Shown here one piece after another: positions 8,729-18,004 of a stretch of 62,457 bases of DNA. This stretch comes from an uncultured Bacilli bacterium (GTDB taxonomy: Bacteria > Bacillota_I > Bacilli_A > RF39 > UBA660), in contig CANRPK010000005.1 in assembly GCA_947632455.1 (NCBI GenBank), positions 1 through 62,457 on the forward strand, read 5' to 3'. Both the position numbers and the translations under genes were made by a program. The notes below the pieces were generated by a model. The model ran no database searches. It was not told the DNA's origin and saw only the letters and a list, made by a program, of their open reading frames with translations. How positions within the stretch are numbered: the stretch's first letter is position 1; the number at the start of each line of letters is the position of its first letter.

Positions 8729-8806
8729 CTTATTAAGTATATCATAATTTTAAATATATAACAATTAGCTAATTTAAAAATTAAAATGTTTATAACATAT
8801 TAGTTA

Positions 8807-10291
8807 TTAACTTTTTTGAAATAAAGCGAAGCTATCATTTTCATTATATATAAGATTATAATCAGGATCTTTTTGTAAATAGCTACTTAATGGAGATTGA
8901 TAATAAACGATGGCATAATCAAAATTATATTTTAAAAATATTTCTTTATAAGTATTATATTTATCAGTTTTTTGATAATCGGATATAATATCCTTGCCAC
9001 CATTAAATTCTTTAGTATAAACTTCTACACGAGAATCAATAAATACAGGAATATCATTAAAGGCTAAGTATGAACCATAATTAAAATCATTATAAAATTT
9101 TAAATGGTTGTAATTTAAGTTGTTTTTGATATATTTTACTATTTCGGTTGGATATTTGTAAGTATAATTATAATCAAAATTTTGATATAACCTCAAACTA
9201 AAGATATAACATAAACTTAGACATATAAGCAAAGTAAAATAAAGAGTACTTTGATTAATTAGGGATAGATGTGAAAATTTAAAACTTGGAAAAGAATAAT
9301 TTTCATATAATATTTTTATAAGTAAAAAAGGATATAATAAATAAACATATGCTAAATTTCGATAAGCAATTAAAGAAAAGACAAATAAGCCAATAATTAA
9401 TATTAAATCAGAAAACTTTATTTTTGTTTTCAAAATAAATATTATTATAAAAGTAATACTTAATAAAATTAAATATTTTAGATGTTTAATTAAAATTAAT
9501 GGTTGCATTTCATAAATAAAATTATATGCTTGATTACCTAGGGCTTTTATAGAAAAAGTGTAAGGATAAAATTTTAGAGGAGTTAGTAAGCCACTTAATA
9601 TTAAAATAATAAAAGTTAAAATAAATAATTTAGAATTGGCGGGCTTAGTAAAAATAATTTTAGATGATATATACTTTTTTAATTGTCTATATTTATTTAG
9701 GATAGGTATTAAAATAATTTCTAAAATAAAAGGTAAGCATAGGATAATAGTAAATATCCAGATAGGCATATGGAGATTAGCAATTAATATAGAGATTAAA
9801 AATAAAAATACAGAATATTTTTTATGACCAGTATTATAAAATTTATGTAAGTAATATACTTCTAAAAAAAATAAAATATAAGTTATAGTTTGAATACGAT
9901 TAGTATAAAAGTTTCTTAATAAAAACATAGTAATTAGAGAAACACAAAATGATAATAATTTATTATGGGTTGTTTTATAACTAGTAATATAAACAATTAT
10001 TCCTAAAAGAGAATAAATAAGTAAAAAGAAATAAAAAATACCAGGAAAATTAAAATGTTCATATACTTTATATATAATAATATCATATAAGTAATGATGA
10101 TAAAGATAAGTTAAGTTAGGAATAAAAGAAAAATGATCTTTAAAATCTAAGCCAAATTTAAAAAGATTTTGACCGGTTTTTAGGTCAAAGAAAATATCAT
10201 TTTGAGTAACTTTAATTATTAAAAGAGAAGCAATAATTAAAATGCTAGTAATAATTATAGCATGGGATAATATATTTTTTAATTTAGTCAT
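8807..10291 (-). CDS. polytopic membrane protein, possibly a GT-C-type glycosyltransferase/polymerase (function uncertain)
   Basis: 494 aa, about 12 predicted TM helices followed by a soluble C-terminal ~110 aa. No diagnostic motif recognised. Confidence 0.55.
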   Translation of the reverse strand: MTKLKNILSHAIIITSILIIASLLIIKVTQNDIFFDLKTGQNLFKFGLDFKDHFSFIPNLTYLYHHYLYDIIIYKVYEHFNFPGIFYFFLLIYSLLGIIVYITSYKTTHNKLLSFCVSLITMFLLRNFYTNRIQTITYILFFLEVYYLHKFYNTGHKKYSVFLFLISILIANLHMPIWIFTIILCLPFILEIILIPILNKYRQLKKYISSKIIFTKPANSKLFILTFIILILSGLLTPLKFYPYTFSIKALGNQAYNFIYEMQPLILIKHLKYLILLSITFIIIFILKTKIKFSDLILIIGLFVFSLIAYRNLAYVYLLYPFLLIKILYENYSFPSFKFSHLSLINQSTLYFTLLICLSLCYIFSLRLYQNFDYNYTYKYPTEIVKYIKNNLNYNHLKFYNDFNYGSYLAFNDIPVFIDSRVEVYTKEFNGGKDIISDYQKTDKYNTYKEIFLKYNFDYAIVYYQSPLSSYLQKDPDYNLIYNENDSFALFQKS

Positions 10292-10299
10292 GAGTACCT

Positions 10300-11160
10300 C
10301 TATACTGGATTGACATGAATAATAACTTTATAAATTTTACGAAATTGATTAGGGATTTCTTTTTCTAATTTATCTGCAAGTTCATGGGATTTAAAAGTAG
10401 TTAAATTGCCATCAACATCAATAGTTAAGATAGCTATATATTTATAACCCGTTGCGGATGTATAAAGATCTGTAACATTTTTTATATCTTTATTTTTTAA
10501 GATGTATTCAATTATTTTGGAAGTGTATTCTTTATCTAGAGAAACATCCATAAGGATTTTATAACTTTCTAAAAAGATAGACGCGCCGGTATAAATTATA
10601 TATAAAGATATAAGAGCACCTAGGAAGCTATCAAAGAAATAGTAACCAAAATAACCAAAAATAACAGATATTAAAGTACCAAAGCTTAATATGGCATCAT
10701 TACGATTATCTTTCATAGTGGCTTTTAATAAAATGTTTTGATGTTTTTTATAACTAAATTTACAATAAATATATAAGCATGATTTGATAACAATAGTTAT
10801 TAGGCATACCAAAACTAAATAAATTGAAAAAATAAATTCATCGTGAGCAAAAAAAGCATGTAAGGAATCATATAGTACTTTGGCAGCGACTAAAATCATT
10901 GATATACCTATTAAAAGTGAAAAGATATATTCAGCTTTACCATGACCAAAGTTATGATCTTCATCACTAGGATGGCTAGCTATTTTATTACCTATATAAG
11001 ACATTAGAGAAGAAAAAATATCGCCACCAGAATTAACAGCATCAGCTAAAAGAGCTTCACTATGTGAAATAGTTGCGACTATAAATTTGATTATTAGTAA
11101 AAAAAGATTACTAATTATACCAATAAAGCTTACTTTTTTAGTTGTTTCATATCTGTTCAT
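10300..11160 (-). CDS. cation diffusion facilitator (CDF) family transporter
   Basis: SEALLADAVNSGGDIFSS and HNFGHGKAEY motifs, 6 TM helices plus a C-terminal cytoplasmic domain. Confidence 0.88.
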   Translation of the reverse strand: MNRYETTKKVSFIGIISNLFLLIIKFIVATISHSEALLADAVNSGGDIFSSLMSYIGNKIASHPSDEDHNFGHGKAEYIFSLLIGISMILVAAKVLYDSLHAFFAHDEFIFSIYLVLVCLITIVIKSCLYIYCKFSYKKHQNILLKATMKDNRNDAILSFGTLISVIFGYFGYYFFDSFLGALISLYIIYTGASIFLESYKILMDVSLDKEYTSKIIEYILKNKDIKNVTDLYTSATGYKYIAILTIDVDGNLTTFKSHELADKLEKEIPNQFRKIYKVIIHVNPV

Positions 11161-11178
11161 ATAATCACCGTTACTATA

Positions 11179-11457
11179 TTATATCAAATATTTAGAGTTT
11201 TGAGTATTATTATTTACTTTAACAATTTTAATAGTATAACCAATAGGCCCTAATATATTTAATAAGCTTAAAACACTAGGAGAATGTGATCCATTTTCTA
11301 TACGAGCAATTTTTTCACGAGGAACATTAGAAAATTTAGAGAATAAATCTTGAGTTAAATTATTCTCTTTTCTAAATCTAATAAATTCTTTAATAAATAA
11401 TTCATTTAAAAGTTTACCATCGTAGGAGTAGTCAACATAACTAGGATCGTATTTCAT
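11179..11457 (-). CDS. XRE-family HTH transcriptional regulator
   Basis: NNLTQDLFSKFSNVPREKIARIENG HTH. Start moved to the ATG at 11457 (GGTGA 8 nt upstream); the ORF-track start is a GTG inside the RBS. Confidence 0.8.
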   Translation of the reverse strand: MKYDPSYVDYSYDGKLLNELFIKEFIRFRKENNLTQDLFSKFSNVPREKIARIENGSHSPSVLSLLNILGPIGYTIKIVKVNNNTQNSKYLI

Positions 11458-11479
11458 TAGTAAAATCACCGTAATAATT

Positions 11480-11495
11480 GTATCATATTTGATAC
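11480..11495. promoter_or_regulatory. palindrome GTATCAtattTGATAC in the divergent promoter region (candidate XRE operator)
   Basis: Perfect 6+6 inverted repeat located 23 nt upstream of the XRE start codon. Confidence 0.3.
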
Positions 11496-11567
11496 TTTTA
11501 TGTAAATATTTTCTTGCATTTAGATAATTATTATAATATAGTTAAGGTAGATTTTGGAGGGAAATTT

Positions 11568-13361
11568 ATGAATTATGATCTAGAGACAAACCTAAGTGAA
11601 ATGGTTCGAAGAGATTTATATTTAAGAAATATTCATTTAGGAAAAATTTTAGGACCTCTTACTGGTTCTGTTTATTATGATAAACCTTGGGTTGTTAATT
11701 ATCGAGATAATGAAAAAGCTTACTTTGATGTTCATAATACTTTTTATACAACTTATAAAAACTATGCAATGAAAAATTTAGATAAGCCAGCGATTTATGT
11801 ATTTGAAAGTAAAAAAAGATATACACATAGAGAAGTTTTAGAATTAGTTGATAAAGCAGCGAATGGTTTAGCTGAATTAGGTATAAGTGACAAATCAATG
11901 GTTGGAGTTATGCTTAATGGTAGTATTGAAGAAATTGTAAACTTTTTAGCATTAAGTAAACTTGGAGCTACTAGTAAATATATTGATTATATGAAGGCTG
12001 TTCCTTCAATGAAACATAATGTTGAAGAATGCAATTTAGATTTAATTGTTATGGATGAATGCTTTTTACCTTTAAATCCAATTATTAATGAAAAAGGAAT
12101 TAAGGTTGTGGTTGCTAATGCCAAAGAAAAACATGAAGATATAACAACTTATGAACAATTATATGAAAGCAAAAACATGGTTACTGAAGTAGCACCATAT
12201 GAAGAAGGTAAAGTTACTCTAATTATTAATAGTAGTGGAACAACAGGTCCAGCTAAACCAATTAGCCATACTGATTTTAGTGTTAATTCTGCGGCTCAAA
12301 AAATGTTATTTGTTGACTATCCTATTAGCGAGGGTGATGTTTTAATTAAAAATATACCATCACAAATTGGTCTTGGTTTAGTAACTACTTTATATACTGG
12401 TATTTTAAGTGGGGCTGAAGTTGTTTCGATTGGAGGAAATGGTACTCCAGATTTATCTAATAAATTAAATGCTTTTATAAAGCAATTTCCAGAATATAGA
12501 GAAAAATATCATTTAAAAGATGATGCTAAGGTTAATATATTTACTGCACCAGTATTTATTAGATTAATTGTTGGTGATAATGACATTACTGATATGTCTT
12601 ATATAGGCACTATTATGGGTGCTGGCTCAAAGATGGACAAAGAAGAATTAGATAATATGATTAGTATTACTAGATCTAAAGGCTATCAAGGAGAAATTTG
12701 CAATGCTTATGGTCAAAATGAATTTGCAGGAGCTATAACTGTTAATAGCAACAGAAAAAATATTAATGGAAGTGCCGGTTATCCAGTTATTGGAACTAAT
12801 TTAATATTTGTTGACAAAGATACTCATGAAGTAGTAGAACCTGGTAAAATTGGTCTTGTTTTTGAACAAAGTGATAGCAGATTTAAAAGATATGAAAATT
12901 TACCAGTAGAAACTGAAGAAGCTAGAACATTTACCGCTGATGGCGAAGAATGGTTTGATACTAAAGATTTAGGTTATATGGACGAAAATGGATTTACTCA
13001 TATTACAGGTCGTACTACTAGAGTAGTTACAAGAGAAGATTTTAAATTTTCTTTAGATACAATCGAGGCAAAAATTAGAGCTTTACCATTTATTAAAGAT
13101 TGTGCAATCATTATGACAGAAACTGGTAGATCTTGGGAAGAATTTGTGGCTTTCTTTGTACCTAATTCTATAGAAGATAATGATGAAGAAAAAATCAAAG
13201 ATTTAATCATTAACAGTGGAGTATTATATCCATTTGAAATTCCTAGTGATTTTATACTTACAGATAATATTCCTTATTTAAATGCAACTAAACCAGATTA
13301 TAAATATTTTGAACAAATTTATGCAGAATTAAAAGGTAAGTCAAGAGAAAGAACTAAATAA
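11568..13361 (+). CDS. adenylate-forming (AMP-binding/ANL superfamily) enzyme, substrate unknown
   Basis: LIINSSGTTGPAKPISHT (A3-type motif), AYGQNEFAG, TKDLGYMDENGFTHITGR. Start moved to the ATG at 11568 (GGAGGG RBS); the ORF-track start is a TTG. Confidence 0.85.
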   Translation: MNYDLETNLSEMVRRDLYLRNIHLGKILGPLTGSVYYDKPWVVNYRDNEKAYFDVHNTFYTTYKNYAMKNLDKPAIYVFESKKRYTHREVLELVDKAANGLAELGISDKSMVGVMLNGSIEEIVNFLALSKLGATSKYIDYMKAVPSMKHNVEECNLDLIVMDECFLPLNPIINEKGIKVVVANAKEKHEDITTYEQLYESKNMVTEVAPYEEGKVTLIINSSGTTGPAKPISHTDFSVNSAAQKMLFVDYPISEGDVLIKNIPSQIGLGLVTTLYTGILSGAEVVSIGGNGTPDLSNKLNAFIKQFPEYREKYHLKDDAKVNIFTAPVFIRLIVGDNDITDMSYIGTIMGAGSKMDKEELDNMISITRSKGYQGEICNAYGQNEFAGAITVNSNRKNINGSAGYPVIGTNLIFVDKDTHEVVEPGKIGLVFEQSDSRFKRYENLPVETEEARTFTADGEEWFDTKDLGYMDENGFTHITGRTTRVVTREDFKFSLDTIEAKIRALPFIKDCAIIMTETGRSWEEFVAFFVPNSIEDNDEEKIKDLIINSGVLYPFEIPSDFILTDNIPYLNATKPDYKYFEQIYAELKGKSRERTK

Positions 13362-13377
13362 AAAGTTCTTTTTTTTG
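13349..13377 (+). terminator. weak terminator after the adenylating-enzyme gene
   Basis: Stem aagaac/gttctt followed by T8. AT-rich and short. Confidence 0.35.
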
Positions 13378-13439
13378 TTTTATTTATTATCTTTAAAAAT
13401 GGAAAAAACTATTGTATAATGATAATAGAGGTGGTATAG

Positions 13440-15296
13440 ATGCTTAAAGTTGCACAAATGGTTATATTATTTATGTCAACGCTTTATTTAAGTCTTATTG
13501 TAGTATTATTTTTCGTTAAAAAAAGAATTTCTAATGATGATACAGAAATTTATAAAAAAATGTTAATTACTAATCTTAATGCCATAATAATTGAATTTAT
13601 ATTATATATGACAGGAAATACATCTTTAGTAAAAGAAGGACTTGGCTTATCTATATTCTTAATTTTGAGTAAACTCTTTGTTGGAGTAATCGTGGGTTGG
13701 TTTATATTAATAGCTAAATATACTTTATTAATATGTGATAAAGCAAGAAGTAATAAACTTAGTACTCAAAATAAGAAAAAATTAAACCGAATTATCAATA
13801 TTGCTTATATTATAGTTTTGATTATTATTTTATTATTACCTGTAGAATTTATTTTATTAGATAATGGTGCGACTGGTTATACTCAAGGGCCAGCGACAAT
13901 GTTTGCAGCAGCGTTAATTATTAGTTTATGTGTTTTTATGTTAATTGAATTAATTAGAGCAAGAAAAAAATTAAATCGGAAAGAATTTACGCCAATAATT
14001 ATATTATTAATATTAATGATGATTTCAACTTCAGTTCAATCAGCTAATCCTCAAATATTATTATTTAATCCGGTCATGGCTTTAGTCATGGTAATCATGT
14101 ACTTTACGATTGAAAATCCTGATGTAAAAATGATTGAACAATTAGATATGGCTAAAACTCAAGCAGAAAAAGCGAATAAAGCTAAAACTGATTTCCTATC
14201 TAATATGTCTCATGAAATAAGAACTCCACTTAATGCGATTGTAGGATTTAGTGAATGTTTAGTAGAACGGGAAGATTTAAATGATGAAACTAAAGAATTT
14301 GCTAAAGATATAGTTGATGCTTCAAATAATTTATTAGAGATAGTTAATGGCATTTTAGATATTTCTAAGATAGAAGCTAATAAAATGGAAATTATTTCTA
14401 AAGAATATAATCCTAGAGAAGTATTTAATTCTTTATGTAAATTAGTAATTCCAAGAATAGGCGAAAAACCAATTCAATTTAAATATACTTATTCTGAAGA
14501 TTTACCTGGAGTACTTAAGGGTGATGTAGCTAAACTTAAACAAATTATTTTAAATCTTTTAACTAATGCGGCTAAATATACTGATGAAGGTGAAATTAAT
14601 TTCAATGTTAATTGTATTAATAGAATGGATACTAATACTAGTTTATTATATATATCGGTTAAAGATACAGGTCGAGGAATTAAAAAAGAAAATATTGAGA
14701 AATTATTTAATAAATTTGAAAGAATTGATGAAGATCGAAATACAACGATTGAAGGAACTGGTTTAGGACTTGCCATCACGAAAAGTTTAGTAGAAATGAT
14801 GGGGGGAAGAGTTAATGTTTTTAGTAAATTTGGTGAAGGATCTACTTTTAGGATTTACTTAGAACAAGAAATTGTAAGTATGGAAATTCCTGAGGTTAAA
14901 ACTGAAGAAATTGAAATAGATTATAAAGCTTTTGAAAATAAAAAGATTTTAATTGTAGATGATTCTAAAATTAATTTAAAAGTTGCCGAACAAATCTTAA
15001 AACCTTATAATTTTGATATTGTATCGGTGGAAAGTGGAATGGAAGCTTTAGAAATTGCTCAAAGTAAAACTTTTGATTTAATATTAATGGATATTATGAT
15101 GCCAAAGATGAATGGAATTGAGGCTTTAAATAAATTAAAAGAAATACCAGGATTTAATGTTCCGGTGGTAGCTTTAACCGCGGATGCGATTGAAGGCACT
15201 GATGAAAAATATAAAAATGCTGGTTTTGATGATTATTTATCTAAACCGATTGATAGATATTTATTAAATAAAGTTTTAAAAAAGTTTTTAAAATAA
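13440..15296 (+). CDS. hybrid sensor histidine kinase (multi-TM sensor, HisKA, HATPase_c, C-terminal receiver)
   Basis: FLSNMSHEIRTPLNAI (H-box), GTGLGLAITKSLVEMMGG (G2), and a receiver KILIVDDSKINL...DLILMDIMMPKMNG...ALTA. Confidence 0.9.
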   Translation: MLKVAQMVILFMSTLYLSLIVVLFFVKKRISNDDTEIYKKMLITNLNAIIIEFILYMTGNTSLVKEGLGLSIFLILSKLFVGVIVGWFILIAKYTLLICDKARSNKLSTQNKKKLNRIINIAYIIVLIIILLLPVEFILLDNGATGYTQGPATMFAAALIISLCVFMLIELIRARKKLNRKEFTPIIILLILMMISTSVQSANPQILLFNPVMALVMVIMYFTIENPDVKMIEQLDMAKTQAEKANKAKTDFLSNMSHEIRTPLNAIVGFSECLVEREDLNDETKEFAKDIVDASNNLLEIVNGILDISKIEANKMEIISKEYNPREVFNSLCKLVIPRIGEKPIQFKYTYSEDLPGVLKGDVAKLKQIILNLLTNAAKYTDEGEINFNVNCINRMDTNTSLLYISVKDTGRGIKKENIEKLFNKFERIDEDRNTTIEGTGLGLAITKSLVEMMGGRVNVFSKFGEGSTFRIYLEQEIVSMEIPEVKTEEIEIDYKAFENKKILIVDDSKINLKVAEQILKPYNFDIVSVESGMEALEIAQSKTFDLILMDIMMPKMNGIEALNKLKEIPGFNVPVVALTADAIEGTDEKYKNAGFDDYLSKPIDRYLLNKVLKKFLK

Positions 15297-15309
15297 AGGA
15301 GGTATTGAA

Positions 15310-16047
15310 ATGGAAAAGTTAGATTTATTAAAAAACTATAATGTACATGTGGATGAGGCTCTAGAATTTTGGGGAGATGTAAATTCTTATAATGAAAGTT
15401 TAAAAGATTTTAAATGCTCTTTACAAGAAAAACTTAAAAATTTAGAATATTATAAAAATAATAATGATTTTAATAATTATAGTATTTTAGCTCATAGTAC
15501 AAAGAGTGAAGCAAAATACTTAGGATTTATGGATGATGCAGAAGAATTTTTAAAACATGAAATGGCAGGAAAAGAAAATAATAAAGATTTTATTGATAAC
15601 AATTTTAATTCTTTAAAAGCAACTATTTTAAGAATATATAATCTATTGGATAATTATTTAGAAGAAGATAGTAATCGAAAAAAATTAATTATCGCGGATG
15701 ATTCAAATATTATGCTTAATTTTATTGAAAAGAATATTAGTGATGAATTTAAAATAATTAGAGCTAATAATGGAGAAGAAGCTATTTCTAATTTAAATAA
15801 AGATATATATGCATTAATATTAGATTTAAATATGCCAGGAATAAATGGTTTTGAAGTTTTAGATTATATGAAAGATAATGATTTATTTGGAGAAATACCC
15901 GTTATAATTATTACAGGTGATGATACTGAAGATACAATAAAAAAAGCTTTTGCCTATCCTATTTTAGATGTATTAAATAAACCATTTAAAGAAGAAAATA
16001 TAGATAGAATATTAACTTCAATAAAAAGTTTTTATGAAAAGAAGTAA
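15310..16047 (+). CDS. Hpt domain + receiver domain protein without an output domain
   Basis: N-terminal HSTKSEAKYLG (the HxxKG/S Hpt signature) in a helical ~115-aa region. C-terminal receiver LIIADDSNIM...LDLNMPGINGF...IIITGD..KP. AGGAGG RBS. Confidence 0.8.
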   Translation: MEKLDLLKNYNVHVDEALEFWGDVNSYNESLKDFKCSLQEKLKNLEYYKNNNDFNNYSILAHSTKSEAKYLGFMDDAEEFLKHEMAGKENNKDFIDNNFNSLKATILRIYNLLDNYLEEDSNRKKLIIADDSNIMLNFIEKNISDEFKIIRANNGEEAISNLNKDIYALILDLNMPGINGFEVLDYMKDNDLFGEIPVIIITGDDTEDTIKKAFAYPILDVLNKPFKEENIDRILTSIKSFYEKK

Positions 16048-16065
16048 CTAAAAAGTTACTTTTTA
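16042..16065. terminator. bidirectional hairpin between convergent genes
   Basis: Stem agtaac/gttact with flanking A- and T-runs. It overlaps both stop codons. Confidence 0.4.
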
Positions 16066-16668
16066 TATTACTTGAATAAAATATTTAAATAAGCGATAAC
16101 TATTTTGGTTATTTAAACTTTCGGGATGCCATTGTATGCCTAAATAGAATTTTTTATTTGGGGCCTCTATACCTTCAATAATATCTTGGGAAATAGCATT
16201 TATTTTTAATTTAGTATGAGGAATATAACTATGATGCCGAGAATTTACCCAAATATTTTCTTTTTTTAGAATTTTAAATAAAAGACTATTTTTATTTATT
16301 TTAACTTCATGAACATATTTATTATTACAATAATGGTTTTCTAGATCTTTTTCTTGGCAATTATCTAAGCATTTAGTCATAAGCTGCATGCCTAAACAAA
16401 TACCTAATGTAGGAATATCATGATCATATAAATATCTAGTAATTAATAAATCCTTTTTAGTATAATTGTCTCCACCAGGAAGAATAAGGCCATCACAAAG
16501 ATTGATGGCTTGTTTTATTTTGGAATACGAACTAGTAATGGGTATACCAATTATATTAACTTTAAATTTGGTTAATATCTTAAATAAATCTTGTCTTGTA
16601 CCAAGAAATAATTTATTATTTTCGGCAAATTTTCTTAAAATAATCCCGATTGTTTTTATATTTATCAC
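16063..16668 (-). CDS. class I glutamine amidotransferase-like gamma-glutamyl hydrolase (peptidase C26 family)
   Basis: GICLGMQLM nucleophile elbow and GIQWHPE. GTG start, with no in-frame ATG in the first ~90 codons, so the exact start is uncertain. Confidence 0.8.
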   Translation of the reverse strand: MINIKTIGIILRKFAENNKLFLGTRQDLFKILTKFKVNIIGIPITSSYSKIKQAINLCDGLILPGGDNYTKKDLLITRYLYDHDIPTLGICLGMQLMTKCLDNCQEKDLENHYCNNKYVHEVKINKNSLLFKILKKENIWVNSRHHSYIPHTKLKINAISQDIIEGIEAPNKKFYLGIQWHPESLNNQNSYRLFKYFIQVI

Positions 16669-16693
16669 CTATTAAAGTGTATGTATTAATTCA

Positions 16694-17902
16694 TTATTTA
16701 TAACGAATATCTATATCTACATCACCATTAATACCAGCAACATGTCCATTACTGCATAATTGCCAGTAACTATAGTTTCCTTTATAAGATGTTTGTTTAG
16801 TATAGTGAGCTAACCAAACAGGATATGGAGTATCTAACCATATTTCTTCAAGATAAGTTTTACTACTATAAAGCATTCCTTCATATCCAGCTTTTTTAAA
16901 AATATCTAAGAAAGAATTAGCCATATCTGTTAAACCAAAAAAGCTTAAATTAAATTCATTATAAAAGCTCCAATTTTCCCAGTCAAAAGCGATAGGTAAA
17001 TCTACTTTATATCCTTTTATTTCTTTTAATAACCATTTAGCATCTTTTATAGCTTTTTCTTTACTATTAGCATATGAATAAAAATATATTCCAACTGGCA
17101 TATTTGCTTCATTAGCTTTCTTAATATTTTCATGAAATTTACTATCAACAAAGTATTCCCCTTTTATCCCTTTAGTACTACCCGCTCTTAAGATTACAAA
17201 TTCTACTCCAGCTTCTTTTAATTTATTAAAATCTACGACACCTTGAAATTCAGAGATATCAAGACCTATTTCTGTATTTTCATTTTTATAATTAGCTATA
17301 ACATCACTAAATTCAGTTTTAGGACTAGGAGTACTTGGTTTTGATGAACCTGTACTTGGTTTAGGATCATTGACATATAAATTAAATTTCTTTTCAGTAA
17401 CATTACCACTTTGGTCAGTAGCTTTAAAAATTAACGGATAAGTAGCCGCGGTATTCATATCATAATCGCCAATTATTTCACATGTAGGATTAGCATCATA
17501 GTTATCACCACACATTATTTTTTCTAAAAGATTAATGGTACTACCTTTATTAACAGAATAAGATCCTCCTAACCATACAACTGGGGCAGTAGTATCTTTT
17601 ATGGTTAAGGTATATTCTTTATTTAATTTAATATTATCATCGTTAATATAAGTGAATTTTATTTTTTTAGCACCAATAGTTTTAGTATCTATTTCATAAT
17701 CATCAACTATTTTGCCATTTATGTTGGTAATAAAATCTGATACTTTTACTTTACTTAAAAATTCTGTTTCTAATGGTTCTTTTAATTCAATAATAACTTT
17801 AGCATGTTTTATTTGATAATTTTTATATATTTTTACACCAATAAATATCGTAATAAATAAAATTACAATAATTAATAAAATAATATTTATTTTCTTTTTC
17901 AT
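16694..17902 (-). CDS. membrane-anchored GH25 muramidase (lysozyme) with an Ig-like domain
   Basis: GLDISEFQGVVDFNKLKEAGVEFVILRAG..GIYFYSYA GH25 core, an N-terminal TM anchor and a DTTAPVV Ig-like segment. Confidence 0.85.
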   Translation of the reverse strand: MKKKINIILLIIVILFITIFIGVKIYKNYQIKHAKVIIELKEPLETEFLSKVKVSDFITNINGKIVDDYEIDTKTIGAKKIKFTYINDDNIKLNKEYTLTIKDTTAPVVWLGGSYSVNKGSTINLLEKIMCGDNYDANPTCEIIGDYDMNTAATYPLIFKATDQSGNVTEKKFNLYVNDPKPSTGSSKPSTPSPKTEFSDVIANYKNENTEIGLDISEFQGVVDFNKLKEAGVEFVILRAGSTKGIKGEYFVDSKFHENIKKANEANMPVGIYFYSYANSKEKAIKDAKWLLKEIKGYKVDLPIAFDWENWSFYNEFNLSFFGLTDMANSFLDIFKKAGYEGMLYSSKTYLEEIWLDTPYPVWLAHYTKQTSYKGNYSYWQLCSNGHVAGINGDVDIDIRYK

Positions 17903-17976
17903 ATAACTCTCTCTTTCACGTATTAATTATAACATCATTATAATATGAAATAAAGCAGATTATATGTAAAGAAAAT

Positions 17977-17999
17977 AAAAAAATAGCATACACTATTTT
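17977..17999. repeat. left copy of the 23-nt direct repeat flanking the IS (duplicated trmB terminator hairpin)
   Basis: aaaaaaatagcatacactatttt is identical to 19021..19043. It extends to 26-27 nt with one A indel. Confidence 0.85.
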
Positions 18000-18004
18000 C
18001 CTAA

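Noticed and set aside
8306-8806. Looked for parS (TGTTNCACGTGAAACA) and DnaA boxes (TTATCCACA) around parAB
   Set aside because: Only a weak DnaA-box-like tgtggcaaa (about 8421..8429) was seen, and no CACGTG core was found. This was a by-eye scan only, so absence is not proven.
11514-11567. 5' extensions in the ORF track that start at TTG/GTG or at ATGs inside promoters/RBSs. Affected ORFs: 262..1299, 5823..6653, 11179..11469, 11514.., 23291..24361, 31041..31547, 41591..43597, 43704..45227, 49525..50517, 50582..51949, 55243..56124, 57072..57725, 58547..59728
   Set aside because: In each case a downstream ATG has a properly spaced GGAGG/AGGAG/GGTGA site, and the extension adds no conserved residues. 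Several extension codons are themselves the RBS or the -10 box.
16063-17902. Peptidase C26 amidotransferase-like gene next to the GH25 muramidase, considered as a coupled cell-wall recycling system
   Set aside because: Only adjacency supports it. Both are common stand-alone families, and the pairing may be incidental.
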